Source of the DNA: Candidatus Iainarchaeum sp.
Lineage (GTDB): Archaea > Iainarchaeota > Iainarchaeia > Iainarchaeales > Iainarchaeaceae
Length of the DNA: 10,356 nucleotides
Direction of reading: 5' to 3'
Assembly: GCA_038895675.1 (NCBI GenBank)
Contig: JAWANB010000032.1
Location: 1 to 10,356, forward strand
How positions within the stretch are numbered: the first letter of the stretch is position 1; each line of letters starts with the position of its first letter. Positions 1 through 7,050 of this stretch are shown piece after piece. The notes beneath the pieces were generated by a model that was not told the DNA's origin, ran no database searches, and worked only from the letters and a program-made list of their open reading frames with translations. The position numbers and the translations under genes were made by a program.

Positions 1-710
1 TAACAAACGTACAAAAACCAGGTTCTTCGCAAGAATTTCAAGAAGGACTATTCAACTTACAAGAAAAAGCCTCAATGCTACCCGCATTAGCTCTTAATCC
101 TAAAGAAAAAGAAAAAGCATTAGACGCAGCAGCAGCCCCAGGAAACAAAACACTACAATTAGCATGCTTAATGAACAACAAAGGCCAAATAATAGCCTTA
201 GACAAAAACAAACAAAGAATGAAAAGCCTGTTATTTAACATAAAAAAATTCGGAATAAAAAACACTAAAACAATAACAAAAGACCTGTTATTAACAACAA
301 AAAAAGATGTTTTTGACAAAGTATTATTAGACGCACCATGCAGTTCAGAAGGCTTGGTAAGAAAAGACTTTAAAGCCCTAAAAAACTGGAGCCAAAAATT
401 GGTTTTAGCAAAATCAAAACTCCAAAAAAAGATGATAATAAGAGCCTTTGATTTGCTCAAAAGAAACGGCATTTTAGTTTACAGCACTTGCTCTCTTTCA
501 CCAGAAGAAAACGAAGAAGTAATAGACTACCTTCTAAAAAAAAGAAAATGCGAAATAAAACCAACAAAATTCAAAGGAATAAAAACAAGAAAAGGCTTGC
601 AAGAATACGAAAACAAAAAATACTCAGAAGAAGTAACCCTTTGTTCAAAATTATATCCACAAGACAACGACACACAAGCCTTTTTCATTGCAAAAATAAG
701 AAAAACATAA
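1..710 (+). CDS. RsmB/NOP (NOL1/NOP2/Sun) family RNA cytosine-C5 methyltransferase, 5'-partial
   Basis: Frame is open from the window edge (TNVQKPGSSQEFQEGLFNLQEKASMLPA...), so the ATG at 75 is internal. Motif I DAAAAPGNKT, motif IV LDAPCSSEG and motif VI YSTCS carry both catalytic Cys. Stop TAA at 708-710. Confidence 0.93.
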   Translation, partial: TNVQKPGSSQEFQEGLFNLQEKASMLPALALNPKEKEKALDAAAAPGNKTLQLACLMNNKGQIIALDKNKQRMKSLLFNIKKFGIKNTKTITKDLLLTTKKDVFDKVLLDAPCSSEGLVRKDFKALKNWSQKLVLAKSKLQKKMIIRAFDLLKRNGILVYSTCSLSPEENEEVIDYLLKKRKCEIKPTKFKGIKTRKGLQEYENKKYSEEVTLCSKLYPQDNDTQAFFIAKIRKT

Positions 711-713
711 AAA

Positions 714-785
714 CGCCCACACCGGGAGTCGAACCCGGCCCTCGACCGTGACAGGGTCGCATACTAACCGATATACTATGTGGGC
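714..785 (-). tRNA. tRNA-Asp (anticodon GTC), no encoded CCA, no intron
   Basis: Reverse complement is GCCCACATAGTATATCGGTTAGTATGCGACCCTGTCACGGTCGAGGGCCGGGTTCGACTCCCGGTGTGGGCG. Acceptor stem GCCCACA/TGTGGGC, anticodon arm CGACC-CTGTCAC-GGTCG, T arm CCGGG-TTCGACT-CCCGG, discriminator G. Followed by TTTTT on the minus strand (713-709). Confidence 0.97.
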
Positions 786-841
786 TATACAAACAATCAA
801 TGCTATTAATTTTAATATTTATGGGGGATTTTATATCAAAA

Positions 842-1579
842 ATGCTAACCACTAAAAAATATTTTTTATTTCTAATTTTTTTGTTATTAGTTCCTAGTAT
901 AAATGCGAAAATACCAAGTCCAACACACCAATTTTTTGTAAACGATTACGCAAACTTACTAACTGATGAAGAAGAACAATACTTATTAACACTTTTCAGC
1001 ACCATTGAAAAACAAACAAGCGCAGAAATAGTATTAGTAATAGTCCAAAGTTTAGAAGGTTATTCATCACAAGAATATGCTACGCAAATAGGCCAAACTT
1101 GGGGCGTAGGAAAAAAAGACACTGATAACGGCTTAGTAATACTATACGCAATAAACGAAAACAAAATTTTTGCAGCAACAGGGCATGGCTTAGAAGGAAT
1201 ACTTCCAGACTCAAAAATAGGAAGAATGCTTGATCAATACTATGTTCCACAAAGAGACAATGGAAACCCAAAACAAGGAATATTAGACTTTGCCTATGCA
1301 ATAAGCCAAGAAATACTAATCAACAAAGACGAAATAGTTTCAAAACAAAAGAACACTTCATCATCAGACTTTTTTTACGACCAAATAATTTCGTTTTTAG
1401 TAATCATATGTGTTGTAGTAATCATAATCATGATACTTGCAAGTTCAAAAATTTCAATTAGACTTGGAGGAGGCCATGGCGGTAGTTTGAGAGGAGGCTT
1501 TGGCGGATTTAGAGGAGCAAGATCAGGAGGATTTAGGGGAGGCGGAGGAAGTTTTGGAGGCGGAGGAGCAGGAAGATAG
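842..1579 (+). CDS. TPM-domain (YgcG-like) membrane protein with signal peptide, TM helix and Gly-rich tail
   Basis: Motifs FVNDYANLL, WGVGKKDTDNGLVIL, TGHGLEGILPD and terminal GGGGSFGGGGAGR are typical of TPM/YgcG proteins. Adjacent to LemA, a known gene pairing. ATG 842 gives a signal-peptide-like start; in-frame ATGs also exist at 800 and 821. Confidence 0.9.
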   Translation: MLTTKKYFLFLIFLLLVPSINAKIPSPTHQFFVNDYANLLTDEEEQYLLTLFSTIEKQTSAEIVLVIVQSLEGYSSQEYATQIGQTWGVGKKDTDNGLVILYAINENKIFAATGHGLEGILPDSKIGRMLDQYYVPQRDNGNPKQGILDFAYAISQEILINKDEIVSKQKNTSSSDFFYDQIISFLVIICVVVIIIMILASSKISIRLGGGHGGSLRGGFGGFRGARSGGFRGGGGSFGGGGAGR

Positions 1580-1628
1580 TTTTAAATAACTCTCTATAAA
1601 AATTCTTCTAAAAGTAAAAAAGATTATT

Positions 1629-2222
1629 ATGAACATGAAAGCAATCGGCATTGGAATAATAGCAGTACTACTATTATTAGGCTTGATTTTTGCATTAGCC
1701 TTAATAGGAATTTACAATTCTCTAATATCTTTGGATCAAGAAGTTAATGCAAAATGGAGTGAAGTAGAAAACCAATACCAAAGACAAGCAGACCTAATTC
1801 CAAACCTTGTTTCAATAGTCTCAAGCGCAGTAAAAACAGAAACAAGTTATGTTAAAGAAGTCATAGAGGCAAGAACAAAATGGCTAAACGCTAAAACAAC
1901 ACTTGAAAAAGAACAAGCAGGCTTTGAAATGAACCAAAGCATGGCTAACTTTGTTTCAGCAATAGCAACAGCAGAAGCATATCCAGAATTACAAGCAAAC
2001 AAACAATTCACTGCTCTAATGGACGAAGTAACAGGAACACAAAACAGAATAACAACAGCAAGAGGCAGGTACATTGAATCAGTACAAAAATTCAACACCA
2101 CAATAAAACAAATACCAAACAATTTTATTGCACCAATGTTAGGTTTCAAAGAAAAAGAATACTACAAAACAAGCCAAGAAAATCTCAACACTCCAAAAAT
2201 AGGAGAAGGAAAACTCCCTTGA
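1629..2222 (+). CDS. lemA: LemA family protein
   Basis: N-terminal TM helix followed by YNSL...WSEVENQYQRQADLIPNLV, EAYPELQAN and NRITTARGRYIESVQKFN...PNNFIA, the LemA signature. Confidence 0.93.
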   Translation: MNMKAIGIGIIAVLLLLGLIFALALIGIYNSLISLDQEVNAKWSEVENQYQRQADLIPNLVSIVSSAVKTETSYVKEVIEARTKWLNAKTTLEKEQAGFEMNQSMANFVSAIATAEAYPELQANKQFTALMDEVTGTQNRITTARGRYIESVQKFNTTIKQIPNNFIAPMLGFKEKEYYKTSQENLNTPKIGEGKLP

Positions 2223-2266
2223 ATTGTTAATTACAACAATACTTTAGGTAAGTTATAAAGTTATAG

Positions 2267-2899
2267 TTAACCACTTAATCTTTGTATTTCCTCTTTAATT
2301 TCTTCAATAACTTCTTTGTTATGAATTTTCTTTTTATTTCCCTCTTTTATTGATATTACATAGAAAACTTTTCCACCATATTTAGCTGTAAATTTTTTAT
2401 GCGTTTCAGCCTGTTGATTTCTCTCTTGATAAATTTGTGTGATATGAGAAACTCCCGTAGCAGGCTTGATTTGTAAACCTATGAACTTGTCTTTAATATT
2501 GATATAGAAATCAACGCTATATAATCTGTCCCACTCGTCCGGTGCAGGCTCAATTTTTACTCCAAGAATATCCTGTAATTGGCCATAAATTGTTTGTTTT
2601 TCTGTTTTATAACCTTCAAAGGTCCTATTGATAACGAGATTAATTATAAAATCTACACAATCTTGTTCTGTTATGCTTTCAATTTCTGCCAATAAGACTT
2701 CACTAACTTTTGTATATAGCTTTCTGCCTAATTGTACAAGATGTTCTTTCGGTCTAACATTTTTATAATAGTATTCTTCCCACTCTTCCAAAGTTTTCGG
2801 AGAACATTTTCTTATTTCTTCCGCAACCTTTCCTACATTTCGTGAAAAATTAAATTGAAACCTGTTTGTAGCACTATTCAATATCCATTCTTTAGCCAT
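2267..2899 (-). CDS. MjaI-family type II restriction endonuclease
   Basis: MAKEWILNSATNRFQ...NVG...PKTLEEWEEYY N-terminus and PD-(D/E)xK-type core DRLYSVDFYI...IGLQIKP resemble RE_MjaI members. The start overlaps the upstream methyltransferase stop by 8 nt (ATGGCTAA), suggesting translational coupling. Confidence 0.82.
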   Translation of the reverse strand: MAKEWILNSATNRFQFNFSRNVGKVAEEIRKCSPKTLEEWEEYYYKNVRPKEHLVQLGRKLYTKVSEVLLAEIESITEQDCVDFIINLVINRTFEGYKTEKQTIYGQLQDILGVKIEPAPDEWDRLYSVDFYINIKDKFIGLQIKPATGVSHITQIYQERNQQAETHKKFTAKYGGKVFYVISIKEGNKKKIHNKEVIEEIKEEIQRLSG

Positions 2900-4133
2900 T
2901 TATTGTACCTGCCATCAACTTTGTAAAATTGTTTTTATATTTAAAATCATACTCTGGGATTCTTGCTAATCCTTGTTTTATCATTTCCTTATTCACAAAA
3001 ATTCTATTTTTTAGAAACACGTAAGCAGCCAATAAATCTTCATTAGGCTTAAACAAAGGATCAAATTTTATGAAAACTTGTTTTCCTTTAACATATTTTT
3101 CAAGATAATTTATTGCTTCACGCGATTGCTTTGGAATACAAGATACACCAAGCAATTTTACTTTAAGTCCCGTGTCCAATTCTATCGTATCGTCACTTAC
3201 CACATTTACTACTTTATACAATCTTTCTTTAGTAAAATTAAGTTTGTCAGGCGACATAATTGGTTTTGCATCTTTAATATTAGGAACATAATCTATGTTA
3301 CTCTCTATAGAAATAGGTTTATTTTGTTTTATAATTTCTAATTGATTATTTGAACTAAACATGGCTTCTTCAACTTTGGCTTTTATAAGAGGTAAAAATT
3401 TTTCATTTATCTCATAACCTATAGAATTCCTATTCAAATTTAATGCGGCTTTAATTGTTGTTCCACTTCCTAAGAATGGATCTAACACTATATCATCAAC
3501 AAAAGTAAACATTTTAATTAATCTTTTAGGTAATTCTTCAGGAAACATTGCTTCATGCCCTTCTTGTTTTTCACCGTTAAAATTCCAATGACCAGAAAAA
3601 TATTCTTTCCACTCTTCCTTAGTTAATTTTGATTTTTCTTTTACTTCTCTTGTTGAGTCTATTTTACCTGGTTTTTTGAAAATCAAAATGAATTCATAGT
3701 CTATTTCTATTAGACCATTAGGCGGATAAGGGTAAGAACCCATTACACTTGCACCGCCAGTAGTGTTCATTGTGGTTTTTTTCTGCCAAATTATAGAACC
3801 CATATAATCAAAACCAATTTTTTCACACTGAATTATAAACTCTGAATGAAGAGGGGCTATTTTATATCTCCCATAAATTACGCTTCTTAAAAATTGGTCC
3901 CCTATATTTATACACAATCTTGTTCCAGGCTTTAAAATTCTATAACATTCTTTCCAAACTATAAACAAATTCTTAAGATATTCATGCAAAGATTGGCCAT
4001 AACCTATTTGCCCTTCAACTCCATAATCTTTTATGTGCCAATATGGAGGCGAAGTAACAACTAAGGCTATACTATTGTCTTTAACTTCTGTCATTGTTCT
4101 GCTGTCACCAATTACTACTTTTGCGAATACCAT
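2892..4133 (-). CDS. Beta-class N4-C/N6-A DNA methyltransferase fused to a C-terminal thermonuclease (SNase)-like domain
   Basis: Motif IV TSPPY (SPPY at 4041-4052) precedes motif I LDPFLGSGTT (~3460-3482), the beta order. HEAMFPEELP motif present. The C-terminal ~105 aa (YKVVNVVSDDTIEL...VKLLGV...LAAYVFL...FVNKEMIKQGLA) follow the SNase pattern. Confidence 0.9.
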   Translation of the reverse strand: MVFAKVVIGDSRTMTEVKDNSIALVVTSPPYWHIKDYGVEGQIGYGQSLHEYLKNLFIVWKECYRILKPGTRLCINIGDQFLRSVIYGRYKIAPLHSEFIIQCEKIGFDYMGSIIWQKKTTMNTTGGASVMGSYPYPPNGLIEIDYEFILIFKKPGKIDSTREVKEKSKLTKEEWKEYFSGHWNFNGEKQEGHEAMFPEELPKRLIKMFTFVDDIVLDPFLGSGTTIKAALNLNRNSIGYEINEKFLPLIKAKVEEAMFSSNNQLEIIKQNKPISIESNIDYVPNIKDAKPIMSPDKLNFTKERLYKVVNVVSDDTIELDTGLKVKLLGVSCIPKQSREAINYLEKYVKGKQVFIKFDPLFKPNEDLLAAYVFLKNRIFVNKEMIKQGLARIPEYDFKYKNNFTKLMAGTING

Positions 4134-4292
4134 CTTAACAACTGCCTTCTAATTTTATTTTTCAGCCACTATTATTTTGCTATATAACAATTTATAGGCA
4201 AAAAACGTTTAAAACACGCTATTAGAGAGTGCCTTTTCATTGAGTTTTTAAGCATATAAAAGAAACCTTTAACGCAAAAGATCGCCTAATCA

Positions 4293-4557
4293 TTCATAGT
4301 TCTTTCTTCATCAAGTCTAATTCTTTAACTATAAGTGTAGGGGCTAATGGATTCATCATAATGCATGAGTCATAGTTCTTTCTTCATCAAGTCTAATTCT
4401 TTAACTTGGAAGTTCACGATATTGAAAATGAAATAGTAACAGAAGTCATAGTTCTTTCTTCATCAAGTCTAATTCTTTAACTGGAAGTTGCCGAATGGGA
4501 AAAAAAACCATTAATATACCGTCATAGTTCTTTCTTCATCAAGTCTAATTCTTTAAC
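4293..4557 (-). CRISPR. Orphan CRISPR array: 4 repeats of 37 nt and 3 complete spacers of 39 nt
   Basis: Repeat GTCATAGTTCTTTCTTCATCAAGTCTAATTCTTTAAC (+ strand) at 4293-4329 (first base G>T), 4369-4405, 4445-4481 and 4521-4557. Unique spacers at 4330-4368, 4406-4444 and 4482-4520. Minus orientation (GTTAAAGAATTAGACTTGATGAAGAAAGAACTATGAC) is inferred from the degenerate terminal base at 4293 and from spacer strand bias; the orientation is less certain than the array itself. Confidence 0.93.
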
Positions 4558-4933
4558 AAAAGAAACGAGGTGAAAAGTGTCTGTAAGCATCTTCTTTATA
4601 TACGATTTTATCATTATACATGAATCCTTCGTTGCCCGTATTATACGGCGGATCAATGTAAATAACATCTATTTTTCCTTTGTGTGTGTAATTCAATACG
4701 GACAATGCGTGATAGTTGTCTCATTCAATTAGAATGTTGGTCGGTTTGTTTTTGTCTGTTTCAATTTCTTTGTTTTTAATTTCTGTTAGAATAGGAAATT
4801 TTTCTTTGCACATTATTGCTACTTGTTCTGGTTTTTCTTCCCAAACAATGCCGTACTTTTTTTGCTTTTTGAATTTCTCTAATTCTTTTATTAGTTCTTC
4901 TTTTGTCCAATTTGAATAATCTTTTTTAGCCAT
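4553..4933 (-). pseudogene. Truncated type III R-M Mod-like (beta-class N6-adenine) DNA methyltransferase pseudogene
   Basis: ATG 4933: MAKKDYSNW...KKYGIVWEEKPE...NILIE, then TGA (4723-4721) where Mod homologues have the Gly of LIEGDN. The same frame continues DNYHALSVLNYTHKGKIDVIYIDPPYNTGNEGFMYNDKIVYKEDAYRH (DPPY at 4643-4654). Similarity ends near 4577 and the frame stops at TAA 4555-4553 inside CRISPR repeat 4. No motif I and no res gene. Confidence 0.88.
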
Positions 4934-4998
4934 GCTGACCTTATCTATCTGATAAATCTTACAATTATTAATTTTATTATTTTGAATTTTTAACAAAC

Positions 4999-5006
4999 TT
5001 TATATA
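4999..5006 (+). promoter_or_regulatory. Putative archaeal TATA box (TTTATATA) for a leaderless transcript starting near ATG 5031
   Basis: TTTATATA is preceded by A-rich AACAAAC (BRE-like position) and ends 24 nt before ATG 5031. The AT-rich background lowers specificity. Confidence 0.4.
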
Positions 5007-5030
5007 GTAATATCTATGTTATTGTTTAAT

Positions 5031-6038
5031 ATGAATCAGGCGATATTAAAAAACGCTAATAAATATTGGAAAAAAGATTATTTACAAGAAGAAGAATTGG
5101 TAGATTTATTTTCAAAAAATTATAGAAATATTATTTCTGATAAATCGCTCTTTATTAAAATAGAAAAGCAAGTAAAAAGTAAAAATTTTAAGAATTTTAA
5201 ACATTCAATTAGTGATGGTTTTCTCATTGTTTGGGATAATCCTACAACCCCTTCTCTCTATATAACTGAAATAGAGTTAGGAAAACATGATATTGATAAA
5301 CATATATTACCACAATTAGGAAATTTTATCTCGTTTATACAAAGTGCTTCAGTAGAAGAGTTAAACGTTGTTAGGAATTTTCTATATGATGAAATCAAGA
5401 AAAATAAGCATGTTTTCAATAAATTGCAAAAAGATGCTAAGAAAGAAGTTTATGAGTTATTAGACAATTCAATGGAAGATTTACAGATTTTATTAATTAT
5501 TGATAGTATTACTCCTGAATTAAGTATAGGTTTATCACAAATAGAGAAGGCAATTAATGTTAAGATTAGAAAGATCGAAGTGTCTTTGTTCACTGATAAT
5601 AATAAAGAAGAAATAATATTATTTAGTGATAGTGAAATAACAGAAAAAGAGTTAGTTGCTTCAAAAAAATTCAAATTTGAAGAATATACTTTAGAATATC
5701 ACACTGAAAATAAGCCTAAAAAAATATTGTCAATTTTAAATTTATTTTTGGCTCATATAAAATCAAATAATGTAAAAGTATCTCCAATGAAACATTATAT
5801 CGGTTTTTTCAAGAAAAATACTATGATTTTTTCTTGTGTAGTTAGAAAAAATAGTTTAGTGTACTATTCAAAAGATAAAATTAATCAAATAAAACCTGAA
5901 AATTTTCATATACCGTTTAGGGATGTTAGTTCAGTTGGCCATCTTACAAACCATTTGCCAACAGAAATAGTAATTACGGAAGAAAGTCAAATTAATGATT
6001 TAATTAGATACTTTGACGAAGTTTTTAAAAGATATTAA
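5031..6038 (+). CDS. Putative PD-(D/E)xK-like endonuclease with C-terminal DUF5655-like domain
   Basis: N-terminal EEELVDLF...ISDGFLI...LYITEIELGKH...HILPQL resembles NucS/Mrr-like nuclease cores. C-terminal YTLEYH...KHYIGF...FRDVSSVGHL...EIVI resembles DUF5655. Alternative start at ATG 5016. Very AT-rich (14 G+C in 60 nt at 5401-5460). Confidence 0.65.
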   Translation: MNQAILKNANKYWKKDYLQEEELVDLFSKNYRNIISDKSLFIKIEKQVKSKNFKNFKHSISDGFLIVWDNPTTPSLYITEIELGKHDIDKHILPQLGNFISFIQSASVEELNVVRNFLYDEIKKNKHVFNKLQKDAKKEVYELLDNSMEDLQILLIIDSITPELSIGLSQIEKAINVKIRKIEVSLFTDNNKEEIILFSDSEITEKELVASKKFKFEEYTLEYHTENKPKKILSILNLFLAHIKSNNVKVSPMKHYIGFFKKNTMIFSCVVRKNSLVYYSKDKINQIKPENFHIPFRDVSSVGHLTNHLPTEIVITEESQINDLIRYFDEVFKRY

Positions 6039-6147
6039 AATACTTTGTCAATTTTCTTTTTGTATTTAGTTTGACATCAAACCCCTATTAATTACCTTAC
6101 TTTGTTTTTCCTTTTATTTTTTATTTAGTTTTGTCGTTTATTTTGTT

Positions 6148-7050
6148 ATGCGTTTTCCTCGGTTGAAGGATTTGCGTGTTAGGCTTTCTTCTGCTAGGCT
6201 TTTGGGTAATTTGATAAAGAATTCTATTACTTTCAAGTTGAAGCGGAAGGCTTTGCGTAGGTTTAGGGCTACTGATTTTGAAACTATTATTGTTGATATG
6301 GACGGTACTTTGTTTAGGACTGATGCTAATTTAGAGGCTTTGAGTATTTGTTATCCTGAAATTGTTGATGGTAAGATTGCTGGCGAGGAAATTTATGATT
6401 CTTTGATAAAGAAGATTGCTTCTGGCGAGTATAGTATTGAGAAGGCTATTATTGAGGGCAACAAGTTTTTGATGGCTCGTAAGATGAGGAAGCAGGACTT
6501 TTATAAGGTTCTTGACAAGGTGAAGCCTCTTATTAGAAAGCCTTTGGTTAGGGCGTTGTCTCAAATAAAGTCTAATGGTAAGCAAGTTGTTTTAGCTACT
6601 TTGTCTTCAAAGGATTTCGCCGAGATTGTAGGTAGTTATTTGAAGTCAAAGTTTGGTTTTGAGTTTGATTGTATTTGTGGTACAGAACTTAATTTTGATG
6701 AAGCTGGTTTTATAGTTGGCATAAAGTCTATTGTTGGAACTAAAGATTTTGAGTTAGAGGGAATAAAGGTTATGTCCAAGCTTTCTGTTATAAAAGAGTC
6801 TTTGCAGGCAAAAGGCTTGAATTTTGACCAGAAGAAGGCAGTTATTATAACTGATAGTTATGGTGATATTGATGTTGCTAAGTCAATAGTAACTATTTTG
6901 ATAAGGCAGCATAATCCTTCTATGGCTCAGAAGGTTTCTTATAAGCTTGGTTTGGCTGATTACTTGTTTCCTGACAATAAAGATTTGGAAACTAATTTAG
7001 TTTCTTTAATCTTAGGTTCTGAAAAGCCTTTGGGTATTGAAGAAGTTTAG
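6148..7050 (+). CDS. HAD-superfamily hydrolase (HAD-IB/phosphoserine phosphatase-like)
   Basis: Motif I IIVDMDGTL, motif II LATLS, and motif IV-like ITDSYGDID. The stop overlaps the convergent neighbour's stop (7047-7050). Confidence 0.8.
   Translation: MRFPRLKDLRVRLSSARLLGNLIKNSITFKLKRKALRRFRATDFETIIVDMDGTLFRTDANLEALSICYPEIVDGKIAGEEIYDSLIKKIASGEYSIEKAIIEGNKFLMARKMRKQDFYKVLDKVKPLIRKPLVRALSQIKSNGKQVVLATLSSKDFAEIVGSYLKSKFGFEFDCICGTELNFDEAGFIVGIKSIVGTKDFELEGIKVMSKLSVIKESLQAKGLNFDQKKAVIITDSYGDIDVAKSIVTILIRQHNPSMAQKVSYKLGLADYLFPDNKDLETNLVSLILGSEKPLGIEEV

Noticed and set aside
714..785. tRNA-Asp as the integration site of the defence island
   Set aside because: The island starts ~1.4 kb away on the tRNA's 5' side, host-like genes intervene, and no duplicated tRNA 3' fragment was seen.
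1465..1576. GGA/GGC-rich low-complexity repeat
   Set aside because: It simply encodes the Gly-rich tail typical of TPM-domain proteins.
2223..2266. Attachment/dif-like site at the island's left border (ATTGTT-N6-AACAAT, tandem AAGTTATA; TTAATTAC and AATACTTT recur near 6039-6095)
   Set aside because: Matches are only 6-8 nt in very AT-rich DNA, occur in a different order at the right border, and no recombinase is present.
2267..2899. Assigning CTAG specificity (as for MjaI) to the R-M system
   Set aside because: Family resemblance does not fix specificity, and CTAG occurs several times in the window (e.g. 894, 6194). Methylome data would be needed.
4236..4273. Possible fifth, highly degenerate CRISPR repeat (TTCAT...CTTTAAC)
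   Set aside because: Only about 21/37 matches with a gap in AT-rich DNA, and it is 19 nt rather than 39 nt from repeat 1. Cannot be distinguished from chance.
4406..4444. Self-targeting of spacer 2 against the nuclease gene (similar GAAATA...ACAGAA words near 5628-5648 and 5961-5980)
   Set aside because: Short gapped matches of common Glu/Ile/Thr codons in AT-rich sequence; no extended complementarity.
4721..4723. In-frame TGA at a conserved Gly (LIE-G-DN) suggesting genetic code 25 (TGA=Gly) or readthrough
   Set aside because: lemA ends on TGA at its expected C-terminus, none of the long genes needs TGA readthrough, and the mod gene is truncated anyway. A single GGA>TGA nonsense change is simpler.
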